Shown here: piece by piece, positions 56,390 through 64,000 of the stretch
Position numbering within the stretch: the stretch's first letter is position 1
Layout: each line of letters starts with the position of its first letter
DNA from: Gammaproteobacteria bacterium
GTDB taxonomy: Bacteria; Pseudomonadota; Gammaproteobacteria; Eutrophobiales; Eutrophobiaceae
Direction of reading: 5' to 3'
DNA: 64,000 nucleotides
Assembly: GCA_965222155.1 (NCBI GenBank)
Contig: CBDCTH010000004.1
Span: 480,001-544,000, forward strand
Notes under the pieces: model-generated
Told to the model about the DNA's origin: nothing
The model's database searches: none
What the model saw: only the letters and a program-made list of their open reading frames with translations
Translations under genes and position numbers: made by a program

Positions 56390-57445
56390 TTATTTACCCA
56401 GACGACAGTTTACCGGTGAAAAACGTAATTTGACCTCTTTACCTGTTTCAATAGATTCATATATTGCGCTGATCAGTTCCAGGCTGCGTCGACCACCCAG
56501 TCCGTCAACCAGGTGTTGCTTCCCGTTTACGATACTGTCGACTACGTGATGGTAATACTCTTTATGACCAAACCCGTAAACGTCAGGAGGGTTAACGGAA
56601 TACTGTTGAATAACACTCTTATCTTCGTTTATTTCATTAACAAAGTTCCAGACTTTCATATGATTTACCGCAAAACCACCGATTTCCACACACCCTGTCT
56701 CACCCAGGATGGATAAGGACCCTTCCAGATCTACCGGTCTGGTGGCAGTCGTAGCCTCAATCAGGCCGAGCGCTCCGTTTTTAAACTTCAGGGTAACAAC
56801 TGCAGTATCTTCCACTTCGATATCAACCAATGCCGTTGTACTCATTGCGAAGACACTTTCAACCTCACCCATCATCCATTCAAGTAAATCTATATGATGG
56901 CTTGCCTGGTTCGTCAGAACGCCGCCATCCAGTGCCCAGGTGCCCCGCCAGTGATCCTGATCGTAATAAGCTTGTTGCCTGCACCAGCGCACTCTTACGG
57001 TACCCAGTACCAGTTTGCCGAAGCGGCCGGCTTCAAGTGCTTCACGCGTTTTTACAACCGGCACATTAAACCGGTTTTGCTTTACCACAAAGAGTTTACA
57101 GCCGGAAGTGTCACAGGCCTTTATCATGGCGTCAGCGTCGTCCAGCGTCAATGCCATGGGTTTTTCGACGACAATATGCTTGCCATAGCCCGATAGCTCT
57201 ATAACATGTTTTGCATGGTAACCGCTTTCCGTAAGAACAACGACAACGTCGATATCTTCAGACCGCATCATTTCATGCATATCCGAATAGGAAGGCAGAT
57301 CAAACTGGTTTGCTGTTTTTTCAGCTTTTTCAGGCACAATGTCACAGACGGTAGCCAACTTTGCGCCTGCAATTCGATTATATCCCAGTAGTTCAGAGTG
57401 ACGTTTCGAGATCCTGCCACAACCAACCAGGGCAAACTTCAACAT
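56390..57445 (-). CDS. Gfo/Idh/MocA oxidoreductase (WlbA/WbpB-like)
   Basis: GCGRI, EKPMA, VKQNRFN, WRGTW, NQASH motifs. Confidence 0.88.
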   Translation of the reverse strand: MLKFALVGCGRISKRHSELLGYNRIAGAKLATVCDIVPEKAEKTANQFDLPSYSDMHEMMRSEDIDVVVVLTESGYHAKHVIELSGYGKHIVVEKPMALTLDDADAMIKACDTSGCKLFVVKQNRFNVPVVKTREALEAGRFGKLVLGTVRVRWCRQQAYYDQDHWRGTWALDGGVLTNQASHHIDLLEWMMGEVESVFAMSTTALVDIEVEDTAVVTLKFKNGALGLIEATTATRPVDLEGSLSILGETGCVEIGGFAVNHMKVWNFVNEINEDKSVIQQYSVNPPDVYGFGHKEYYHHVVDSIVNGKQHLVDGLGGRRSLELISAIYESIETGKEVKLRFSPVNCRLGK

Positions 57446-57662
57446 GTTTTTTTCCATTCCAATGCACTCAGCCAGCAAATTTTTAAAAACCCATCATTAC
57501 ATCATTTGTATAATCAATATAATTTAAACTATAGACAGTTTGAAGTAGTTCCCGAAATTTGATTTAGAGATGTAATATATCAGGATGCTGAAAAGAAGCA
57601 GAATATGAAGAGTCCGGCAAAGCAGCTGGCTGACCTGATGGACAGGTGTTTGGTGGCTTGAC

Positions 57663-58268
57663 TTGTACCTTTTCTCAAAAAGGTTGTTTGATCTGGTTTT
57701 CAGCCTGTTCCTGGTAATCTTGCTGTTGCCGTTGTTTAGCCTGCTGTCCGTTGTGGTTTACGTCAACCTGGGCAGTCCCATATTGTTCCGGCAGCAACGG
57801 CCGGGATTGCATGGTAATCCATTTACCTTTTTCAAGTTTCGCACCATGGACGACAAGACGGAGGAAAACGGACAATTGTTGCCTGATGATGCGAGGCTGA
57901 CCGGCCTGGGCAGCTTTCTGCGTAGAACCAGCCTGGATGAATTACCCCAGTTTTTTAATGTCATCAAAGGCGAAATGAGTCTCATCGGGCCAAGGCCCCT
58001 GTTGATGGAATACCTCGAACTCTATACTGATGAGCAGATGCGCCGGCACGACGTAAAGCCCGGGATCACCGGTTGGGCGCAGGTCAATGGCCGCAATGCC
58101 ATTTCCTGGGAGGAAAAGTTCAGGTTGGACCTCTGGTATGTTGATAACCATTTTTTTTTACTGGACTGCAGGATCATTCTGCTGACCCTGGTAAAGATCA
58201 TGAAAAGAGACGGAATAAATCAGGAAGGCAGTGCGACTATGGAAAAATACAAGGGCCTCAGCTCATGA
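57663..58268 (+). CDS. Initiating phosphoglycosyl transferase (PglC-like)
   Basis: KFRTM, SLDELPQ, GPRPLL, PGITGWAQ motifs. Confidence 0.9.
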   Translation: MYLFSKRLFDLVFSLFLVILLLPLFSLLSVVVYVNLGSPILFRQQRPGLHGNPFTFFKFRTMDDKTEENGQLLPDDARLTGLGSFLRRTSLDELPQFFNVIKGEMSLIGPRPLLMEYLELYTDEQMRRHDVKPGITGWAQVNGRNAISWEEKFRLDLWYVDNHFFLLDCRIILLTLVKIMKRDGINQEGSATMEKYKGLSS

Positions 58269-58906
58269 GTTCATTGCTGATTTTCGGGGCGGGAGGTCAT
58301 GGAAAGGTGGTAGCTGAAACTGCAAGGGCTATGGATAACTGGCCGGAAATCGTTTTTGCAGATGATGCTTATCCGCAGGTAAAGTCCGTCAGTGATTATC
58401 CGGTCATCGCTGACTTCCAGAGAGCGAGGTCATTGAATGGAACCCATCCGGATGTGATCGTCGCCATTGGCGATAACCATAAACGCCTGGAGTTGACGCT
58501 GGAACTTCAGCGAGCAGGGTTTAACCCGGTTACTCTTATCCATCCTGAAGCAGTAGTAGCGCGCTCAGTTCGTATTGAAACGGGCACGGTAATCTTTGCG
58601 CAAGCGGTCGTACAGGCAGATGCCCGGGTGGGAACTGCCGTGATCATCAATACTGCGGCTACGGTGGATCATGATTGTGTAATAGGTAAAGGGACTCACC
58701 TGTCTCCCGGCTCGCACCTTGGTGGTGAAGTCAAGGTAGGTGATTACAGTTGGCTGGGAATGGGCGCCGTGGTGATCAACCGGGTGACTATCGGACAGGG
58801 CGTGACAGTTGGAGCAGGCTCGTGTGTGATTGATGATCTCCCTGATAAGGTCACGGTGGTTGGTGTGCCTGCCCGTCCCGTACGACAAAAGTCTGCGGCC
58901 TGCTGA
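58265..58906 (+). CDS. PglD/NeuD-type acetyltransferase
   Basis: GAGGHG, AIGDN, VDHDC, GVPA motifs. Confidence 0.88.
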   Translation: MSSLLIFGAGGHGKVVAETARAMDNWPEIVFADDAYPQVKSVSDYPVIADFQRARSLNGTHPDVIVAIGDNHKRLELTLELQRAGFNPVTLIHPEAVVARSVRIETGTVIFAQAVVQADARVGTAVIINTAATVDHDCVIGKGTHLSPGSHLGGEVKVGDYSWLGMGAVVINRVTIGQGVTVGAGSCVIDDLPDKVTVVGVPARPVRQKSAAC

Positions 58907-58925
58907 AACAGTTAATCCATACGTC

Positions 58926-60089
58926 ATGCTGCCCGCTCTTCCTACCTGGCCGGTATACAGTGAAGCTGAAAGAACTGCGGTCGCCCGGGTACTGGAAACG
59001 GGCCTGGGAAATTACTGGTTCGGCCGGGAGGGAAAAGACTTTGAACGGGAGTTTGCTGCGTACTGCGGCGTCAATCATGGCCTGGCTGTAGCGAACGGGA
59101 CCGTTGCCCTGGAACTCTGTTTGCGGGCATCGGGAATCGGTCCCGGTGATGAAGTGGTGACCACCCCCCGATCTTTTGTTGCCACGGCGAACAGTATAGT
59201 TTTGTGCGGCGCCAGGCCGGTCTTCGCCGACGTCGACCCGGACAGCCAGACTATCACCCCTGCATCCGTTGAAGCCGTTATGACGGACAGGACGCGTGCT
59301 ATCCTGGCGGTACACCTGGCCGGCTGGCCCTGTGATATGGCCGGGTTGAAGGGACTGGCCGAGGAAAACGGCCTGCACCTCATTGAGGATTGCGCCCAGG
59401 CCCACGGCGCTGCCATTGACGGGGTAAAAGTCGGCGCTTTGGGACACATCGCCGCATTTTCCTTCTGTCACGACAAGATTATATCCACCGGTGGAGAAGG
59501 TGGTATGCTTATTACCAATGATGAAGAACTCTGGGCAAAAGCAGCCGCCTTCAGAAATCATGGCCGTGACCCGAGAAGCATGCCGACGGGCAATCATGAA
59601 TACCCCTACCTGCACGGGTCGGTCGGCAGTAATTACCGGATGACGGAAATGCAGTCGGCAATCGGCAGGCATCAATTAACCCGGTTGGACCCGTGGCTTG
59701 AAGAAAGAAGGCGCAATGCCATGCTGTTGAGGAATGCCTTGACCGGTATGGATATCCTCCGTTTACCGGCGCCTGCAGAGAATATAAAACACGCGTATTA
59801 CCGGTTTTATGCATTTTTAAGGAAGGAAAAACTGCATTCGGACTGGAACAGGGCCAGGCTTGTCGATGCCCTGCGCAATACAGGTATCCCTTGCGATACC
59901 GGCATCTGTCCCGAGATTTACCGGGAACCGGCTTATCAGGGCCCAGAACCCCGGGGGCATCCGCGCTTACCTTATGCCAGGGCGTTGGGGGAGACTTCCA
60001 TTGCATTTCCTGTGCATCCGGGCATAGGCGATGAGTTGATGGCAGCCATGGCCGGCATGATACGCGCGGTGCTGTCCAGGGCCTGTTGA
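58926..60089 (+). CDS. PglE-type sugar aminotransferase
   Basis: ANGT, EDCAQAHG, SFCHDKII, NYRMTE motifs. Confidence 0.88.
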   Translation: MLPALPTWPVYSEAERTAVARVLETGLGNYWFGREGKDFEREFAAYCGVNHGLAVANGTVALELCLRASGIGPGDEVVTTPRSFVATANSIVLCGARPVFADVDPDSQTITPASVEAVMTDRTRAILAVHLAGWPCDMAGLKGLAEENGLHLIEDCAQAHGAAIDGVKVGALGHIAAFSFCHDKIISTGGEGGMLITNDEELWAKAAAFRNHGRDPRSMPTGNHEYPYLHGSVGSNYRMTEMQSAIGRHQLTRLDPWLEERRRNAMLLRNALTGMDILRLPAPAENIKHAYYRFYAFLRKEKLHSDWNRARLVDALRNTGIPCDTGICPEIYREPAYQGPEPRGHPRLPYARALGETSIAFPVHPGIGDELMAAMAGMIRAVLSRAC

Positions 60090-60092
60090 TCC

Positions 60093-62000
60093 ATGATGTT
60101 CAAAAATCTTGTTAACGGTCTGAAAAATTCCCAACCCGTGTTGCGCCTGTACATCCGCACGGGCGTATTTCTGCACGATGTCCTGATGATCCCGGCAGCC
60201 TGGTACTTGGCCTACTGGTTGAGGTTCAACCTGGGGACCATTCCTGAGAACTCCATGCAGGTCGCGACACTCATGTTGCCGGTGGTGATCGTCTGCCAGT
60301 CATTCAGTTACGTAATTTTCGGTTTGTATCGCGGTATCTGGCGCTTTGCCTCCCTGTATGACTTCATCCGCATCGGCAAATCGGTTTACGTCGGCGCACT
60401 GATCGCGACAGTGGTGATATTTGCCATTACCGGGATGGAGCATGTACCCAGGTCGGTGATACCGTTGTATATCATTCTGCTTGTCGTTTTCCTGGGCGGG
60501 AACAGGGCGTTATACCGTTCCCTGAAAGATCAGCGTATGCGGGCCGGCGGCGGTAAACGGGTCCTGATCATCGGCGCCGGCGAGTCGGCCCAGATGCTGG
60601 CGCGTGATATGTTGCAGCAAGCCCGGGGTGAGTACCTGCCGGTAGGCATGATCGATGATAATTCCGACAAGCTGAACCGTGAAATTCACGGGATAAAGGT
60701 GTTTGGCGGGTTCGAGGAAATTCCCGAAGTGGCAAGGAAACAGTCCGTAGACCTGATTGTGATTGCAATCCCCTCATTGTCCTCCGCCAGGATGCAGAAA
60801 CTGGTCAGCATCTGTGAAAGTACCGAAACGGAGTTTAAAACCCTGCCTAAACTTGAAGATCTGATCTCCGGACAGGTCACCGTCAACTCCATTCAGGAAG
60901 TCTCTATTGAGGATCTGTTGGGAAGGGAAAAAATCGAACTGGATCGTGTCATGATGCGGGCCGGATTGTCCGGCAAAGTTATCCTGGTTACCGGTGGCGG
61001 CGGCTCAATCGGAACGGAGCTTTGCCGGCAGGTTGCCGGCTTTGTGCCGGACGCGTTGATCATATATGAACGGAGTGAGTTCAACCTGTACCGGATACAG
61101 AATGAACTGGAACATCAGTACCCGCAACTCAACCTGGTTACGGTATTGGGTGGTGTGTGTGACAGGCAACTTGTCGAGAGCGTTTTGGAACGATATAGAC
61201 CCGACATGGTATTCCATGCCGCCGCATACAAGCACGTGCCCCTGTTACAGGCGCATCCGGCCCAGGCCGTCAAGAATAATATTATCGGCACCCGGATCAC
61301 TGCCGAGGCTGCGAGCAAATTTCAATGTGACAAATTTGTATTTATTTCCACTGACAAAGCAGTTAACCCGACCAGTATCCTCGGGGCAACCAAGCGTGCG
61401 GGAGAGATTTACTGCGAGGGGATGAATGCGGTTTCCTCCACGCGTTTTATTACGGTCAGGTTTGGCAACGTGCTGGGTTCGGACGGCAGCGTAGTCCCGC
61501 TGTTCAGGGAACAGATACAATCGGGGGGTCCGTTGACGGTAACCCATCCTGATATGACCCGCTACTTCATGACAATAAGGGAGGCGTGCCAGTTGATCCT
61601 GCAGGCCAGTGTCGTGGAAGAGGAAGGGGGAATTTACGTACTGGACATGGGAGACCCTGTCAGGATCGACTACCTGGCTGAACAAATGATCCGTTTGTCC
61701 GGTAAAGTGCCCAGAGAGGATATTGAGATAGAATACGTAGGTCTGCGGCCGGGCGAGAAGTTGTATGAGGAACTGTTTTATGGCAGTGAAGAAAAAGAAC
61801 AAACAAGGAATGACAAAGTATTCCAGGCAAAACATACCCCGATTGACTGGAACAAAGTTAAACAGGCGGTTTCCCGTCTGGAACAGGCCCTTGCGGATGC
61901 GGATGACGACAAGATAAAAAGAATACTGGCCGACCTTGTTCCCCATGACAGTGATGAAGGGCCGCCTGAGTTTGCCAGGGTAGCCCATGGTGGTGCATGA
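60093..62000 (+). CDS. Membrane-bound UDP-GlcNAc 4,6-dehydratase (PglF/WbpM/CapD)
   Basis: TM N-terminus, TGGGGSIG, AAYKHVP, STDKAV, RFGNV, RPGEKLYEEL motifs. Confidence 0.92.
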   Translation: MMFKNLVNGLKNSQPVLRLYIRTGVFLHDVLMIPAAWYLAYWLRFNLGTIPENSMQVATLMLPVVIVCQSFSYVIFGLYRGIWRFASLYDFIRIGKSVYVGALIATVVIFAITGMEHVPRSVIPLYIILLVVFLGGNRALYRSLKDQRMRAGGGKRVLIIGAGESAQMLARDMLQQARGEYLPVGMIDDNSDKLNREIHGIKVFGGFEEIPEVARKQSVDLIVIAIPSLSSARMQKLVSICESTETEFKTLPKLEDLISGQVTVNSIQEVSIEDLLGREKIELDRVMMRAGLSGKVILVTGGGGSIGTELCRQVAGFVPDALIIYERSEFNLYRIQNELEHQYPQLNLVTVLGGVCDRQLVESVLERYRPDMVFHAAAYKHVPLLQAHPAQAVKNNIIGTRITAEAASKFQCDKFVFISTDKAVNPTSILGATKRAGEIYCEGMNAVSSTRFITVRFGNVLGSDGSVVPLFREQIQSGGPLTVTHPDMTRYFMTIREACQLILQASVVEEEGGIYVLDMGDPVRIDYLAEQMIRLSGKVPREDIEIEYVGLRPGEKLYEELFYGSEEKEQTRNDKVFQAKHTPIDWNKVKQAVSRLEQALADADDDKIKRILADLVPHDSDEGPPEFARVAHGGA

Positions 62001-62869
62001 AAATAAATAAAGCCGTGTTCCCCGTTGCGGGTCTGGGGTCGCGTACCCTGCCGGCCACGAAAGTTCTGCCTAAGGAAATGCTGACCCTGGTGGACCGCCC
62101 CATTATCCAGCAGGCCGTTGAGGAGGCGCTCAGCGCCGGTATCGGCGAGCTGATTTTTGTTACCGCAGAGACAAAACAGATCATCCGGGATCATTTTCAA
62201 CCCAATGCCTTGCTGGAAAAGGAATTGGCGCTGAGGGGGAAACAGGAATTGCTCGAAACTGTCAGGAGTATTCCACCGGAAGGGACAAGCTGCCGTTATG
62301 TCATCCAGCATGAACCCCTGGGGTTGGGCCATGCTGTCCTGTGCGCCAAACCCCTTATCGGAGATGAGCCGTTCGCGGTTATCCTGCCTGATGATTTGAT
62401 TTATCACGAGACGCGCACGTGTCTGCAACAGATGCTTGCCGTTTACCGGAAGAAAAACGCCAGCGTCATCGCGGTGGAGAACGTGGCGCCTGAAGATGCT
62501 TCCCGCTATGGGATCGTTGAAACAAGTGAGGGCGCCGACGGCATAAAAAAAATGAAATCGGTTGTGGAAAAACCCGCCCCCGAGGAAGCGCCGTCAACCC
62601 TGGCGATCGTAGGGCGCTATATTTTCACGCCGCGAATCATGGCGCTGCTGGAAACCACTCCCAGGGGCGCGGGGAATGAAATTCAACTGACTGACGCCAT
62701 TGCTGCGCTGATCGCTGAAGAAGATGTGTACCTGTGTGAATTTGAAGGCAGGCGTAGCGACTGCGGCTCAATCCTGGGATATATGAAAGCCAACGTTGAC
62801 TATGCGCTCAGGCATGAGGCGATTGGAGCGGAATTTCATGCCTACCTTAAAAATCTGGTGAAAGATTAA
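61997..62869 (+). CDS. galU: UTP--glucose-1-phosphate uridylyltransferase
   Basis: PVAGLGSR.LPATK..PKEML, LGLGHA, VEKP, EIQLTDA motifs. Confidence 0.95.
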   Translation: MKINKAVFPVAGLGSRTLPATKVLPKEMLTLVDRPIIQQAVEEALSAGIGELIFVTAETKQIIRDHFQPNALLEKELALRGKQELLETVRSIPPEGTSCRYVIQHEPLGLGHAVLCAKPLIGDEPFAVILPDDLIYHETRTCLQQMLAVYRKKNASVIAVENVAPEDASRYGIVETSEGADGIKKMKSVVEKPAPEEAPSTLAIVGRYIFTPRIMALLETTPRGAGNEIQLTDAIAALIAEEDVYLCEFEGRRSDCGSILGYMKANVDYALRHEAIGAEFHAYLKNLVKD

Positions 62870-62890
62870 CAGTGTGACGCCACACTGATA

Positions 62891-63163
62891 TTATTTCGAT
62901 AAATCACGATAAAAAATTTCGTGTGAACCCAAGGCCAACAGGGTAATGCGGTCCGGTTTCTTCTCATGCCGGTAAGCCAGTAAATACTGTTTATCAGCCA
63001 CCTTGAATTTATACACGCGTACACCGGCAAGTGCGCCCTTTTTCATGGCGCCGATACTGGTGTCGTGAATAATCTTCCTTAGCGCGTCATCAACCGCTGT
63101 TTTATCTGTCTTGTGAAGCTTTTTAATCGTCCTGTAGAAGACACCGGTTTGAATCACGTGCAT
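62891..63163 (-). CDS. RelE/ParE family toxin
   Basis: KKGALAGVRVYKF, LLAY, LGSHE motifs. Confidence 0.85.
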   Translation of the reverse strand: MHVIQTGVFYRTIKKLHKTDKTAVDDALRKIIHDTSIGAMKKGALAGVRVYKFKVADKQYLLAYRHEKKPDRITLLALGSHEIFYRDLSK

Positions 63164-63378
63164 CCAAATTGATACTCGCTGAGCTCCCCGGAATCTGCCT
63201 CTTCAAGCCCGATTAATATATCTTTCACAAAGCGTAACGGTAAATCAGGGTTTTCCTCAGTCATTTTGCCAATTATCGCCCAATGTTCAATCTGCTTCGG
63301 TGGCGAACGATGAAACACTTTGGCGTATTTAGTGGCATCCGCGACTAATTGATCTGATAGTTTGATGGCTTTTGACAT
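63154..63378 (-). CDS. ParD-like antitoxin
   Basis: RSPPKQIEHWAIIG, EENPDLP; overlaps the toxin start. Confidence 0.85.
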   Translation of the reverse strand: MSKAIKLSDQLVADATKYAKVFHRSPPKQIEHWAIIGKMTEENPDLPLRFVKDILIGLEEADSGELSEYQFGCT

Positions 63379-63481
63379 GTGTCCTCACAGAAATACAAAT
63401 TTATAAAGAGTATCTATTATAACCAGAAGGTTTCTTTTTGCAACCTTCGATTCTAATAATGACACAAGTCATCGTTTAAAA

Positions 63482-63557
63482 TGGCTCCCCGGGACGGGCT
63501 CGAACCGCCGACCTAGTGATTAACAGTCACCCGCTCTACCGACTGAGCTACCGGGGA
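63482..63557 (-). tRNA. tRNA-Asn(GTT)
   Basis: tccccgg...ccgggga-g-cca, anticodon GTT. Confidence 0.95.
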
Positions 63558-63579
63558 ATAGGTTTATATATCAGGGCTG

Positions 63580-63807
63580 TCAAGCCATGGCCTGCCAAAT
63601 GAGGCCCAGTGTCAGTGCCATATTTACGCCTACCATCCATTTAAGTACCTGCATTTCCGCTTTTACCTCAACTCGAAATTCGGTCAGGTCTGTTTTAGTA
63701 GCAACTTGCGTATGATCTAAAATTGATTCAGCGGCTTTGCGGGCTTTCATTTCCGGTACATTCACACTGAGTAATGCATCATATAGTTCCGTGTTTATCA
63801 TACTCAT
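63580..63807 (-). CDS. Small coiled-coil protein with C-terminal TM helix (DUF1640/CCDC90-like)
   Basis: TELYDAL, ATKTDL, LKWMVGVNMALT; RBS-like ggagagg upstream. Confidence 0.7.
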   Translation of the reverse strand: MSMINTELYDALLSVNVPEMKARKAAESILDHTQVATKTDLTEFRVEVKAEMQVLKWMVGVNMALTLGLIWQAMA

Positions 63808-63868
63808 ATTGCCTCTCCTTATTAATTACGCTTGAGCGCTCCCACACTTGGAGATTATACACTTTTAG

Positions 63869-64000
63869 TCAACCCAGTGCATCTTTTAAACGCCCAATCG
63901 CAATCTCCAGGTTCTCCATGCTGGTGGCATAGGACAGGCGCATGTAGCCTTTTGCCCCGAAAGCCGAGCCCGGCACCAGGGCAACCTCTGCCTGTTCCAG
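63869..64000 (-). CDS. Class I/II PLP aminotransferase, C-terminal end (partial)
   Basis: Hand translation [43 protein letters not shown]. Confidence 0.8.
   Translation of the reverse strand: MEQAEVALVPGSAFGAKGYMRLSYATSMENLEIAIGRLKDALG

Noticed and set aside
63183-63191. att duplication of the tRNA-Asn 3' end
   Set aside because: Only 9 bp (gctccccgg), inside the antitoxin gene; compatible with chance

Overview
A 64-kb chromosomal window of a moderately GC-rich bacterium, probably a gammaproteobacterium (inferred from gene content). It is dominated by cell-envelope lipid and glycan genes. These are: hopanoid tailoring and transport genes (hpnH, hpnB, hpnM, mlaA) with a divergent dxs; a phosphonate operon (pgi, cytidylyltransferase, PEP mutase fused to a nucleotidyltransferase, phosphonopyruvate decarboxylase); a ~16-kb Caulobacter-type sphingolipid/ceramide cluster (spt, acp, cerR-like, FAAL, bcerS-like, LptF/G paralogs, CDP-alcohol transferase, hydroxylase); F420 genes cofD/cofE; gltX with tRNA-Ala/Glu; and a 17-kb surface polysaccharide locus. 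Four tRNAs are present, three with toxin-antitoxin genes at their 3' ends. The most unusual signal is non-coding: a dense set of at least eight families of small palindromic repeats that nest inside one another. A CGTC-type REP hosts a 42-bp insert, which hosts a 24-29-bp insert that is always in a hairpin loop. Several families carry CsrA/RsmA-consensus GGA hairpins. One REP composite is translated in frame inside Pgi, some REP ends are tandemly amplified, and one family has diverged yet perfectly paired arms. No transposase, integrase, CRISPR array or rRNA gene was recognised. Protein calls come from motif recognition by eye, not database searches.
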